Positions 41,514-51,710 are shown, counted from the stretch's first letter. The stretch is DNA of 64,000 bases from Nitrospinales bacterium (GCA_965223795.1 CBDCXL010000002.1:864001-928000), one strand, 5' to 3'. Program-made: numbers and translations. The notes: a model not told the origin generated them from the letters alone.

Positions 41514-42935
41514 TTATTTTTGCGCGAAGCGGCGCAGGTAGTGGATCAACTGCCAGATTTCATCCTTTTTCAGGGTTTTCTTGAACGCGGTCATGCCGGT
41601 TCCGGCGGAGCCGTTCTGGATGATCCAGAACATCTGGCCGTCGGTGATTTGGTCCATCGTTTCCGCGCAGGCGAAGTTGCGCGGTTTTGGGGTGAGGCCG
41701 CCGCCGAGCGGACCGTTGCCGTCACCCGCCTTGCCGTGACACTGGGCGCAGGCGAGGGGCTTGGCGTTTTTCTGGTACAGCTTCTCTCCCGCCTTAATGT
41801 TCGCCGGCGTGGGTTTCAGCGGATTCTTTTTCGATGCCATGCTGGGCGGCGCGCTTTTGGTCTTGCGCGGCTGCGGGCACACGCCCGAGGCAGCGGCTTT
41901 CTTTCCGGGCACGGCCGCCACGTCCTCACCGCCTTTGAACGTGGTTTTGAGATGAGCGATGAGGTTGGCGATGTCCTGCATGGGAAGGGTCATCCCCCAG
42001 TCGGGCATCATGGAGGACTTGCCGACGCTCTTGCCGCCGTAGTAGATCACGTTGAACAGGTAATCCTCGGGCATCTGGTCGAACGCCATCTTCGCGTGCA
42101 CGGCGGGTTTGGGTTCCAGCCCCAGCGCGCCGGGCCCGTCGCCTTCTCCTTTCGCACCGTGACACTGCATGCAGTACTCCTTGTAAACCTGTGCGCCCTT
42201 TTCGGCGTCGACGTTCTGAAACGGCTGGCTCTTCCACGGCTCGTGGTATTGGAAATCGTCCACGCCCAGCGTCATGAGGTAGCCGATGATGTAACGCGCG
42301 CCCAGCGGGCTGAGGTCGGCCAGGTATTCGCCGCTGTGCGGCGTGAAGTCCTGCGGGTTTTCCGCGAAGCGGGACCACCAGTCGAGGGTGTAGCGGTTGC
42401 CCGCGTCGAACAGGTCGACGCTGATGGGACCGCCGATCAACTTGCCGTCCTCTTTAATCTGGTGGCAGCCCAGGCAGGAAAATTCCTTGTAAATGTCGGC
42501 GCCGAATTCCGCTTCCCTTTTGGTGAACGTGGACAGATCGACAAAACTTTTTTTGATGCGCGGATCGAGATAGGTTTTTTCAAAATGGTCGGCGACGTCG
42601 TTGGCGTCGGCCTCGCTCAGCACCGGGTGTTTGATCTGTTCCCGGGAACGATCCCAGCGGTAGCCGTTGGGGTACAGGTTCGCCTCCTTGCCGGTGAGCC
42701 AGCGGATGAGCCAGGGGCGCTGGTATTTGTTGCCGGCCCACATGAGGTCGGGACCCTCGAGTTCGAATTTCGATTTGGGTTCGCCGGTGAAACGGTGGCA
42801 GCTTGTGCACTGATTCTGCACGATGGTTTCGCCGGTGTCCGCGAACAGCGTTGCGGGAAGGGCGAATACGATCAGCAGCCCCAGCACGCCCACTCCTGCG
42901 CGAACGGTGGACAATAAAAACGATGGCTGATTCAT
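41514..42935 (-). CDS. Periplasmic tetraheme cytochrome c
   Basis: Signal peptide; four CxxCH motifs (CTSCH, CLGCH, CMQCH, CAQCH). Confidence 0.93.
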   Translation of the reverse strand: MNQPSFLLSTVRAGVGVLGLLIVFALPATLFADTGETIVQNQCTSCHRFTGEPKSKFELEGPDLMWAGNKYQRPWLIRWLTGKEANLYPNGYRWDRSREQIKHPVLSEADANDVADHFEKTYLDPRIKKSFVDLSTFTKREAEFGADIYKEFSCLGCHQIKEDGKLIGGPISVDLFDAGNRYTLDWWSRFAENPQDFTPHSGEYLADLSPLGARYIIGYLMTLGVDDFQYHEPWKSQPFQNVDAEKGAQVYKEYCMQCHGAKGEGDGPGALGLEPKPAVHAKMAFDQMPEDYLFNVIYYGGKSVGKSSMMPDWGMTLPMQDIANLIAHLKTTFKGGEDVAAVPGKKAAASGVCPQPRKTKSAPPSMASKKNPLKPTPANIKAGEKLYQKNAKPLACAQCHGKAGDGNGPLGGGLTPKPRNFACAETMDQITDGQMFWIIQNGSAGTGMTAFKKTLKKDEIWQLIHYLRRFAQK

Positions 42936-43021
42936 TGCAAGCCTCCTGAATGTTGGAACGCCTGGATGCGGCGCACAAGAATGAAACGAAAATCCGGTCG
43001 GGAATCGGGTCGGGCGGCGGC

Positions 43022-43165
43022 AAAATAAAAAGGCGCCGCTGGGCTCGCCTGCTAAGGGAGTCCCCCTTGCGGGGGATTTATTCCGAGCCCAGCAGGCACC
43101 CCAATTTCATCGGCGGGAAACCAAGCTGGATGGTATTGATTCCCCTCAGCTTATCCCGTTTGCCC
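43022..43165 (-). ncRNA. Candidate structured RNA / attenuator upstream of the cytochrome c gene
   Basis: Nested inverted repeats with a GCAA tetraloop and a terminal U-rich tract; no Rfam family recognised. Confidence 0.4.
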
Positions 43166-43328
43166 GCGATCGTTCAACCGAAAAACGGAAGCGGGGGCGC
43201 CCTGAATGCACCTTCCCGCCGCTTAACTCCTAATAAACAAGGCGTCCGGGGCAGGCCGCCGATTCCGTCACGCCGGTTCACTCGCCCAACGGGGTGAGGT
43301 GCCCGGCGGCCCGCCTCACGCTGTCGCC

Positions 43329-43871
43329 TTATTTGTCCACCTTGCCGTGCATGGCCTCCCAGTGGCCGACGGACTGGGCGATGCTCACGCTCCCGTCGGG
43401 AATCGGTGCGTCGTGCGGCCACAGGTGGAAAATGATCCCGTCGGTCTTGCCGACGTACTCCGCCAGGGCTTTCTGCTCCTTGGGATCGGAGGGATGGTGG
43501 ATGGCGACGCGGCCGGTGGCGATCTCCTCTTCATGGTCGTGCCAGTTCATCTTGTGCGACCATTCGGGAATGACCTTGCGCGCCAGCTTCTTCGACACCA
43601 TGTATTCCACTTCGGTCATGCGCGCGTTCGGCTCGGTGGACTCGAACAGGATGCACTGGATGATGTCCTCGTTGATGGGCTTGCAGTAATGATGAAAGGG
43701 CCCCACCACTTCCCCGTTCATCACATGCGGGGCGGAAACGTGGATGGTGTAGCCGTCCAGCGGGCTCGGCGGCGCTTTGTCTCCGGCGCTGACCTGTCCG
43801 ACGGCGCACTCGGTGAGGATCAGTACCGCAAACAACCCGAGAATCTTTTTTCTGTTTTTCATGTCGCACAC
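43329..43871 (-). CDS. DUF1264/OBAP-like exported protein
   Basis: HHYCK..IIQCILF, EVEYMVS, WHDH, GIIFHLW; signal peptide. Confidence 0.8.
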   Translation of the reverse strand: MCDMKNRKKILGLFAVLILTECAVGQVSAGDKAPPSPLDGYTIHVSAPHVMNGEVVGPFHHYCKPINEDIIQCILFESTEPNARMTEVEYMVSKKLARKVIPEWSHKMNWHDHEEEIATGRVAIHHPSDPKEQKALAEYVGKTDGIIFHLWPHDAPIPDGSVSIAQSVGHWEAMHGKVDK

Positions 43872-44067
43872 TCCTGATCAATGATCGTTTATCGTTATCC
43901 GCGCTCAGGACCTCACGGTCCCGCACGGAAGGATTCAACTCCGCTCAAGGATAGAAGGCGCGCGCCCGGCAAACCATCCCGCGGTTCACCAACCTGGGCT
44001 GACGGTTGTTCGAAATGCGTGTGGCCGGATTACTACAAGGCGGTGGATTGAGGGAAAAGCCGGCAAT

Positions 44068-44706
44068 TCAGCTGATGAGGCCGTTTTTCAGGGCGTAATA
44101 GGTGAGGTCGGCGTTGGTTTCCATGCTCATTTTTTCGAGGATGCGGGAGCGGTGGGTGCTCACGGTGTTGACGCTGAGCGAAAGCTCCTTGGCGATGGTC
44201 TTTAAGCGCTTGCCGGAGGCCAGCATGAAGAACACCTGGAACTCGCGGTCGGACAGGGATTCGTGCAGGGGTTTGGAGGCGTCCTTGCCGAGGTCCGACA
44301 CGAGGATGTTCGCCAGGTTGGGGCTAATGAACTTGCCGCCGTTGTGCACCACCTTCACCGCTTCCACCATCTTGTCGGGGGCGCTGGTCTTGGTGAGGTA
44401 GCCGGAAGCGCCGGCTTTCATGAAGCGCAGGCCGTAATGCTCTTCGGGAAAGATGCTCAGAATGATCACCGGCAGCTTGGGACGCAGGGCCTTGAGTTCG
44501 AGCAGAACGTCCAGCCCGTTTTTTTCCGGCATGTCGTAATCCATGAGCAGCACGTCCACCTTGAGACCCTGCAGCTGCTTGAGGACGTCGCGGCCGTCCC
44601 CCGCTTCGCCCACCACTTCGACGTCGGGCGCGTCGCTCAGAATCTGCTTGAGCCCCTGGCGCACGACGGCGTGGTCGTCTGCGATGAACACCCGGATGCC
44701 GGTCAT
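44068..44706 (-). CDS. NarL/UvrY-family response regulator
   Basis: IADDHAVVRQG receiver; LSDREFQVF..LSVNTVSTHR LuxR-type HTH. Confidence 0.93.
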   Translation of the reverse strand: MTGIRVFIADDHAVVRQGLKQILSDAPDVEVVGEAGDGRDVLKQLQGLKVDVLLMDYDMPEKNGLDVLLELKALRPKLPVIILSIFPEEHYGLRFMKAGASGYLTKTSAPDKMVEAVKVVHNGGKFISPNLANILVSDLGKDASKPLHESLSDREFQVFFMLASGKRLKTIAKELSLSVNTVSTHRSRILEKMSMETNADLTYYALKNGLIS

Positions 44707-44719
44707 GGATCGTTCGTCC

Positions 44720-46126
44720 TCATGATCGCTGTGTGGTTTCTTCTTCGGGCAGCGCGATCTCCACCCTCACGGTGGTGCCCGCGCCGGGCTTGCCCTGAAT
44801 GCTCAGGGTTCCGTCCCAGGGCAGCAGCCGTTCACGAATCCCCAAAAGGCCGAGGGACTTGGGGTCTTTTATTTTGCCGGGGTCGATGCCGCGGCCGTTG
44901 TCCGCCACTTCGAGTGTGAGACCGGATTTTGTGCGGCTCAGGCTGACGCGCACCTTGTCCGCTTGCGCGTGCCGCACGATGTTGGTGAGCGCTTCCTGAA
45001 AGATACGGAACAGGGTGGTGGCCAGGTTCGTGTCCAGCTGCACGCCCGGCTGCAGGCAGTTGAGATCGAAACGGATTCCGGCACGCCGGTGGGTTTCCTC
45101 CGCCTGCCAGGCGATGGCGTCGCAGATGCCGAACGCGTCGAGGATCGGCGGGCGCAGCTCGGTGGAGATGCGCTGCACCGCCTGCACGGTGGTGTCGATC
45201 AATCGCTTCATCGACTCGGTTTTCTCGCCGGGGAAACCGGGAATGCCGCCGTATTTTTTTTCCAGATACGCCACTTCCATCTTGAGCGCGGTGAGCGACT
45301 GCCCCAGCTCGTCGTGCACCTGACGGGCGATGCGGCTTTTCTCCTCCTCGCGGATGTTCTGCAGGCGGCGGTTCAGTTCGCGCAACTGCTGGCGGATCTG
45401 CTTCAGTTTCGATTCGGTGTGCTTGCGGACCTGGATCTCGTCTTTCAACTGCTCATTGGCCGCGGTCAGATCCTGCGTCCGCTGGGCGACCAGTTCTTCC
45501 AGGTGATCGCGGTAGGTCACCAGTTCCGCTTCCACTTTTCTGCGTTCGCCGACCTCCCGCTTGAGCGCTTCGTTGCTGGACTTGAGCTTCTCCTCCTGGC
45601 GGCTGCGCTGGATGGCGTCGCCGATCAGGCCGCCGATGGAGAGCAGCACCTCGCGGCTGTGGGTGTACCAGGACGGATCGGTGTCGGTGTAAAGAAACAT
45701 CACGCCGACCAGCTTGTTCTGGCTTTTGAGCGGCACGATGTAATGCCCGTGCGGAGTCATGCCGTCGTATTTTCTTTCGTGGCGCGGATCGGCGAAGCAG
45801 CTGTTGCTCATCAGGATCTCTCCCGACGCGGCGACGCGCCCGCACAGGCAATCGCCGAAGGGGACCTCTTTCTCTCCGTGCAGAAACTCATCGGTGAACT
45901 GCCCGATGGTCGAATACAGATGCAGGGTTTGCGTTTTCTCATCGGCAAGGAAGATGCCGGCTTTTTTCTCGACGCGGAGATCGTGAAAGCGGGTGATCAC
46001 CTGCATGACGCGCTCGAGCCGGTCCTGAACGCCGCCATCGGACTGCAGCACCTGGGCGACTTCGTGGAGCACCTTGTACTCCTCGGTCATGCGGCTTTCG
46101 GCATTTCGGGTTTCGGGCACTGTCAT
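44720..46126 (-). CDS. GAF-domain sensor histidine kinase (HisKA_3)
   Basis: GAF with CLCG; RIARQVHDELGQ; QEALTNIVRH; DNGRG. Confidence 0.92.
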   Translation of the reverse strand: MTVPETRNAESRMTEEYKVLHEVAQVLQSDGGVQDRLERVMQVITRFHDLRVEKKAGIFLADEKTQTLHLYSTIGQFTDEFLHGEKEVPFGDCLCGRVAASGEILMSNSCFADPRHERKYDGMTPHGHYIVPLKSQNKLVGVMFLYTDTDPSWYTHSREVLLSIGGLIGDAIQRSRQEEKLKSSNEALKREVGERRKVEAELVTYRDHLEELVAQRTQDLTAANEQLKDEIQVRKHTESKLKQIRQQLRELNRRLQNIREEEKSRIARQVHDELGQSLTALKMEVAYLEKKYGGIPGFPGEKTESMKRLIDTTVQAVQRISTELRPPILDAFGICDAIAWQAEETHRRAGIRFDLNCLQPGVQLDTNLATTLFRIFQEALTNIVRHAQADKVRVSLSRTKSGLTLEVADNGRGIDPGKIKDPKSLGLLGIRERLLPWDGTLSIQGKPGAGTTVRVEIALPEEETTQRS

Positions 46127-46417
46127 GAATCGTTTCCGGATCTTTGCATCATCCGGACATTATACACCGGCCGGCTGCCGGAGGTCCGGAGCGGTCCCCG
46201 ATCGCCCTGACAAAAGGGGCTCCATCTGCATGCGGGAAGCGCGCCTCTTTCAAGTTTGGCTGGAGTGCAGGCGACCGTTGCCAATTGACCGTAAATCTCA
46301 TAAAATAATAAGTACTTAGCTCTTGAATCGTCCCTGTGCGGGGGGCCCGAATCCGGTGAAAAACGGGTTCCTGCTCCACCCTCGGCGCAGGACCCAGATT
46401 GCGAGAACCGATCCGAC

Positions 46418-47161
46418 ATGCCGGCCGACTCTCTCCCGCTCACTCTCGAACAGGAAACCAGGGGCTACCGTTATTCCCTGGAACCGTTTCTGATCGCGGA
46501 TTTTATCAGGACGGCGCCGGGCCTGCGCCTGCTCGACGTGGGCACCGGGTGCTGCGTGATTCCCCTGCTGCTGCTCAGGCGGCAGGCGGAGCTTATGATC
46601 ACGGCGATCGAGATCCAGCCCTCGCTGCACGATCTCGCGGTCCGCAATGTGCAAAAAAACGCCGCCGGCGGCAACATCCGGGTGGTCCTGGGAGACTTTC
46701 TCAACGCAGGCGGCGCGCTTGGAGACACGCGTTACGATGCGGTGCTGTCGAATCCGCCGTTCCGGAAACACCGCAGCGGCCGGGTCAACCCGAACGCGGA
46801 AAAAGCCATCGCGCGGCACGAGATCGCGCTCGACCTCGAATCGCTGGTGGAGCAAAGCGCGGCGCGGCTCAAGCCGGGCGGCAGACTCGTCCTCGCCTAC
46901 CCGACCGAACGGCTGAACGAGGTGCTCGACGCCCTGCGGCGGCACGGGCTTCCCCCCACCCGGCTGCGTCACGTTCACGGAAACAGGCAGGCGGAAGCAA
47001 AAATTTTCATCGTCGAAGGCACGCTGGGGCCGGAGCGCGACTGCGTGATGGAACCGCCTCTGTTCGTCTACAACCCGGATGGAACCTACACCGAGGAGAT
47101 GGAACGCATCTATGCATCCTTTGATCATCATCACCGGACCGACGACCTCGGGAAAAAGTGA
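46418..47161 (+). CDS. tRNA1(Val) adenine37-N6 methyltransferase family
   Basis: GYRYSLE, LDVGTGCCVIPL, SNPPF, AIARHE. Confidence 0.85.
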   Translation: MPADSLPLTLEQETRGYRYSLEPFLIADFIRTAPGLRLLDVGTGCCVIPLLLLRRQAELMITAIEIQPSLHDLAVRNVQKNAAGGNIRVVLGDFLNAGGALGDTRYDAVLSNPPFRKHRSGRVNPNAEKAIARHEIALDLESLVEQSAARLKPGGRLVLAYPTERLNEVLDALRRHGLPPTRLRHVHGNRQAEAKIFIVEGTLGPERDCVMEPPLFVYNPDGTYTEEMERIYASFDHHHRTDDLGKK

Positions 47162-50100
47162 CGCGGCAATCGCGCTGGCGCAGAAGCTCGATTCGGAAAT
47201 CGTCAACGCCGATTCGATGCAGGTGTACCGGTATTTCGACATCGGCACGGCCAAGCCTTCCGCCGCGGCGCGCCGACAGGTGACGCATCATCTGATCGAC
47301 ATCCTGGAACCGGAAGACGCGTTCAACGCTTTCGACTTCAAGGTGCGCGCGCTGGCGCACATCCGCGATCTGATCGGCCGCGACAAGCCCCCCATCCTGT
47401 CGGGCGGCACCGGCCTGTACCTCAAGGTGCTGATGCAGGACTTCGACTGCGCGGTGGAAGTCTCCCCCGCCATCAAACAGGAACTGGAAGAAGAGATGCA
47501 GCGTCTGGGCGTGGAAGCGCTGCACGCGGCGCTCAACCAGGTCGATCCCGCCTACGCGGCGCGGATCGAAACGACGGACACGCTGCGCGTCCGCCGCGCG
47601 CTGGGCGTGTACCGCGAGACCGGCAAGCCGCTGTCCGAACACCACGACGCCGACGCGTCCACGCCGTACGAATTTCCCATTCACCTGTTCATCCTGCAAT
47701 GGGAGCGGCAGGCGCTGTACGACAACATCGACAGGCGGGTGGACGCGATGATCGATATGGGTCTGGTCGGGGAGGTGCGGGAACTGCTCGAACGGGGTGT
47801 GCCCGCCTCCGCGAAACCCATGCAGAGCATCGGCTACGCGCAGATCGTCCGTCACCTTGAAGGAACGCTCTCTCTGGAGCAGGCGGTGCACGAAATCAAA
47901 CGGGAAACGCGGCATTACGCCAAGCGCCAGTTGACCTGGTTCAAAAAAGTTCCCGACGGCATCCCCATCGAAGTGAACGGCGCGGACAGCGCGGACTCGC
48001 TGCGGGACAAAATCCTGTCCTGGCTGCCGCAATGCGCGGCCTTCTGTCTTTTTCTGCTGCTTGCGTTCGCCCTGCCCGGCGGCGCGTTGGCGGATTCGGA
48101 TTTCAAGCAGGGGCTCGACCGCTATCTCAAAGGGCACGCCGTCGAGGCGGAAAACCGTTTCCGCGCCGTTGCCGACGCCGGCGCGAATGCCGAGGATGCG
48201 AAACGCTCGCTGTATCTGCTCGGCAGGATCTATCAGGAGAAAAACGAATTCGCCAAGGCGATCGAATTTTACAACCGGGCGCTCAAACGCTACGACCTGA
48301 TCGAGGACCACATCCGCCTCTCCCTGGCGCGAGCCCACCACTCTGCCGGACAATACGAAAAAGCGCTGGAGCAGGCCGAGCTTTTGACTTCGAAATTTTC
48401 CCGCTCGATGACGTGGCCCGAGGCCATGCTGCTCAAAGGACAGGTGCTCATCCACCTGAGCCGGTTCGAGGAAGCCCTTGCGGTGTTGCAGGATGCCGAA
48501 CAAACCGTGTCGCGGCAGTCGTTTTTTGCTGATTTCCGCACGCTGCTGCCGGAAATCATTCATCAGCAGGCGGGCCTGAAAAAACAGTCGGGCAAACTCG
48601 ACGACGCCTACACGCTCTACCGCAAGCTGTATGTGCATTACCCCGCGCATCCCTTGACGCTGGAATCGCTGGAGGAAATCCAGCGCCTCAGCGCACTGCC
48701 GGAGATCACGCCGGTTCCGCTGGATGTGCACGAACGTTCGACCCGCATCGAAGGCCTGCTGGAAAAAGTACGCTACCAGCAGGCGATCGAGGAAATCCGC
48801 GCGATGGAAGCGGAATCCACCTTTCTGGAAAGCAATTTTTATTTCCAGCTCGCCCGCGCCCACCGGGGATTGCGCGACCGCGTGCAGGCCAACCGGGCAC
48901 TGAAAAAATACCTCAAGCACTACCCCAGACACCGGCGCACCCACGAGGCGCATTACAACATCGGCCGCAACCTGTGGAACCTGGGTGAAGACGAGGCCGC
49001 CGTGCGCGAGCTGAAAAAAATACTGGGACCGGGCAAAAAATCCGACATCGCGCTCAAGGCCCGGTTCGTGATCGGCAAAATCCACGAAGGCCGCAAGCAG
49101 TACGACACGGCGCTGAAGGCCTACCGCAGGCTGGTGAAAATCTACGGCGATGAGGATTATGCCCAATGGGGCGCGTGGCGCATCGGCTGGATCCACTACC
49201 TGAGGGGGCATTACGATAAGGCCGCCAACCAGTTCGGGCAAAACGTCCGCCGTTACCGGGACGGGCTGTTCGCCGAGAACAACCTGTTCTGGCAGGCCAA
49301 GGCGCTGGAGAAACGCAAGCGCAACGAACGCGCCCGCACCCTTTACGCCAGGACCGCCGCCGACTACCCGTACACGTATTACGGCATCCGCTCCAAAGAG
49401 CGGCTGAACGGGGAAACCGCTGCATCGGTGAAAACCAAGGCCGAGGCGTTCGAGGTGCGGACGGTCGCGTTTACCGCCGATGAGGAGACCGCCGTCACCC
49501 TCAAACGGAAATTGTCGGCGGATGAGTCGCACCATCGCGCCCGGGCGCTGGAACTGACCGCCGTGGGCCAGTTCCAGTCCGCCGTGTTTGAGATCCGCCA
49601 GCTGGAGCGGACGGTGCGCAAGAACCTGAACGGCGTGATGTGGCTTTCGGACCTGTATGTGCGCGCCCGCAGCTATTCGGATTCGGTGCGGCTTCTGCAC
49701 CTGTATCTGGATTTCATCGCACGGACGAAGGAAAAGGATCTGTCCCGGACGTTCTGGAAGAATTTTTTTCCGCTCGCGTACGCGGAACTGATCGACACGC
49801 ACGCGGGCGATTACAAAATCGATCCGTTTCTGGTCAAGGGGCTGATCCGGCAGGAAAGCCTGTTCGACACGCAATCGCTGTCGCCGGCGGGCGCGCGCGG
49901 ACTGATGCAGCTGATGCCGGAAACGGGGAAGCGCCTGTATTCGGCGCAGCCGGGCGGCAGGCCGTTCGACAAGGAAATCCTGCACGACCCGGAAATCAAC
50001 ATCGAGCTTGGAGTCAAATACATCGGCCAGCTGCAGAAAAAATTCGGCAAGCACGGGCCGCACGTGCTCATCTCCTACAACGCCGGTCCGCATGTCCTCA

Positions 50101-50252
50101 AAAAATGGCTCAAACGCTTCCGTCACATCGAAGATCCGGATGTGTTCATCGAATCCATCCCTTATCCGGAAACGCGAAAATACGTGAAGCACGTGCTGAG
50201 AAACCACGGCATCTACCAGGTGCTGTACCCGCAAAAATCCACCAACGAATAG
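47112..50252 (+). CDS. miaA: MiaA (tRNA dimethylallyltransferase) fused via a hydrophobic segment to a TPR/Slt lytic transglycosylase
   Basis: GPTTSGKS, ADSMQVY, GTAKP, GGTGLY, YAKRQLTWF; TM/signal-like segment; TPR-like helices; IRQES..GARGLMQLMP, SYNAGP, ETRKYV. Confidence 0.9.
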   Translation: MHPLIIITGPTTSGKSDAAIALAQKLDSEIVNADSMQVYRYFDIGTAKPSAAARRQVTHHLIDILEPEDAFNAFDFKVRALAHIRDLIGRDKPPILSGGTGLYLKVLMQDFDCAVEVSPAIKQELEEEMQRLGVEALHAALNQVDPAYAARIETTDTLRVRRALGVYRETGKPLSEHHDADASTPYEFPIHLFILQWERQALYDNIDRRVDAMIDMGLVGEVRELLERGVPASAKPMQSIGYAQIVRHLEGTLSLEQAVHEIKRETRHYAKRQLTWFKKVPDGIPIEVNGADSADSLRDKILSWLPQCAAFCLFLLLAFALPGGALADSDFKQGLDRYLKGHAVEAENRFRAVADAGANAEDAKRSLYLLGRIYQEKNEFAKAIEFYNRALKRYDLIEDHIRLSLARAHHSAGQYEKALEQAELLTSKFSRSMTWPEAMLLKGQVLIHLSRFEEALAVLQDAEQTVSRQSFFADFRTLLPEIIHQQAGLKKQSGKLDDAYTLYRKLYVHYPAHPLTLESLEEIQRLSALPEITPVPLDVHERSTRIEGLLEKVRYQQAIEEIRAMEAESTFLESNFYFQLARAHRGLRDRVQANRALKKYLKHYPRHRRTHEAHYNIGRNLWNLGEDEAAVRELKKILGPGKKSDIALKARFVIGKIHEGRKQYDTALKAYRRLVKIYGDEDYAQWGAWRIGWIHYLRGHYDKAANQFGQNVRRYRDGLFAENNLFWQAKALEKRKRNERARTLYARTAADYPYTYYGIRSKERLNGETAASVKTKAEAFEVRTVAFTADEETAVTLKRKLSADESHHRARALELTAVGQFQSAVFEIRQLERTVRKNLNGVMWLSDLYVRARSYSDSVRLLHLYLDFIARTKEKDLSRTFWKNFFPLAYAELIDTHAGDYKIDPFLVKGLIRQESLFDTQSLSPAGARGLMQLMPETGKRLYSAQPGGRPFDKEILHDPEINIELGVKYIGQLQKKFGKHGPHVLISYNAGPHVLKKWLKRFRHIEDPDVFIESIPYPETRKYVKHVLRNHGIYQVLYPQKSTNE

Positions 50253-50353
50253 CGCCCGCTCCACCCCGCCGCCCGCAAGCTCCGGATCTGCCTGATTTTA
50301 CTTGGACACGCCCGGTTTGCGGTTATAATGGGGCTTTTATTTTTTCCAATATT

Positions 50354-51313
50354 ATGAAATCCAGTGTCTTTTTAAGAAGAGCCGCCGCCTACAACCTCGA
50401 TGCGGTGGAAGCGTTCGTGCGGGAAAGCCTCGATGGGCTTTTTCCGGAGGGACCGCCGTTCCGTTCCGGCGATGCGATCTTGCTGAAACCGAATCTGTTG
50501 CGCGGATTCGAGCCGGAGCGCTGCGTCACCACGCACCCGGTGATTCTGGAGGCGGTGATCCGGGTGCTGAAGGATCTTTCGGCAGGTTCGGTCACGGTGA
50601 GCGACAGCCCGGCGTTCGGCAGCCTGCATTCGGTGGCGCGCACCGCGGGCTACGCGCCGCTGGTGAAACGCTATGGACTGCGCATCGAACCGTTCACCGA
50701 CCCGACGCCGCTTGCAACCGATGCGGGCGTTTCGCACCTGAAAATCGCGGGTTCTCTGGACCGCTTCGACCACACGATCAATCTGCCCAAATTCAAGGCC
50801 CACTGCCAGATGACGCTGACGCTGTCGATCAAAAACCTGTTCGGCGTGGTCATCGGCAAACGCAAGCCGGTTCTGCACTGCCTGGTGAAAAACGACAAGG
50901 TCCGCTTCGGCCGGATGCTGATCGCCATCGCGCAGAAAGTGAACCCGGCGCTGACGCTGGTGGACGGCATCCAGGCCATGCAGGGGATGGGCCCCGCCAA
51001 CGGCACGCCCTACCCTCTGGGAATCCTGGCCGCGGGACGGGACATGACCGCGCTGGACCGCGTGCTCACGGAAATCGTGCAGGTGCCGCCGGAGCAGGTG
51101 TTCGCGCTGGAAGCGGCGCGCGCCCTGCAGTACGGCACGCATTCGCTGGAACACATCGAATTGCTGGGGGAGACGGACCTCAAATCCCTCGTCGTCCACG
51201 ATTTCAAGCTGCCGGAGCGGCCGATGGACATCTCCTTCAACCCGATCCGGGTGATGCGGTCGATTCTCAAGCAGTTTTATGAGGTGCGCGTGCGGGAGAG
51301 GACACAGCCGTAG
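50354..51313 (+). CDS. DUF362 domain protein
   Basis: ILLKPNLL, VTTHP, INLPKFKAH, KNLFG, DGIQAMQGMGP. Confidence 0.88.
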   Translation: MKSSVFLRRAAAYNLDAVEAFVRESLDGLFPEGPPFRSGDAILLKPNLLRGFEPERCVTTHPVILEAVIRVLKDLSAGSVTVSDSPAFGSLHSVARTAGYAPLVKRYGLRIEPFTDPTPLATDAGVSHLKIAGSLDRFDHTINLPKFKAHCQMTLTLSIKNLFGVVIGKRKPVLHCLVKNDKVRFGRMLIAIAQKVNPALTLVDGIQAMQGMGPANGTPYPLGILAAGRDMTALDRVLTEIVQVPPEQVFALEAARALQYGTHSLEHIELLGETDLKSLVVHDFKLPERPMDISFNPIRVMRSILKQFYEVRVRERTQP

Positions 51314-51359
51314 CCATCAATCCGTTTTTTCGATCCGCTTTCTTTGTGGGAGGAACGCT

Positions 51360-51710
51360 TCAGGACAGCGTGTTTCTGCGCACCGCGCCGCGTCTTGCAG
51401 GCGGCAGGCGGTTGTCGAAATTGATGGAGCAGCAGCCCAGATCCAGGCCGGTTTCCTTTTGGGTGAGGCGGTATTTTTCGGGATGGATGAAGTTGATCAC
51501 CCGGTTGCCTTCCCGGCGCGTGTCGACCAGACCCGAGGCGCGCAAAATGGAAAGGTGGTGCGACGCCTGCGGCTGCATCATGTCGAGAATGCGGACGATG
51601 TCGGACACGTTCTGCTCACCCTTGAGCAGAAGCCGCACGATTTTGAGCCGGGAATCGTCGCCCAGCGCTTTGAGGATACGGGCGCATTCGTCTGAAGGCG
51701 GGGTGGCCAT
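51360..51710 (-). CDS. ArsR/SmtB-family regulator
   Basis: LKALGDDSRLKIV, QPQASHHLSILRASGLV; C-terminal LDLGCC. Confidence 0.9.
   Translation of the reverse strand: MATPPSDECARILKALGDDSRLKIVRLLLKGEQNVSDIVRILDMMQPQASHHLSILRASGLVDTRREGNRVINFIHPEKYRLTQKETGLDLGCCSINFDNRLPPARRGAVRRNTLS

Noticed and set aside
43022..43200. Assignment of the structured region as SRP RNA, 6S RNA or a c-di-GMP riboswitch
   Set aside because: The diagnostic motifs are not recognisable; it is kept only as an unassigned structure
47007..50264. Long antisense or alternate-frame ORFs (for example 47007..50264 -, 22568..24211 -, 28354..30177 +, 35987..37651 -, 55142..56839 +, 59871..61412 +, 61420..63123 +)
   Set aside because: They are shadows of well-supported genes in GC-rich DNA, with no recognisable motifs
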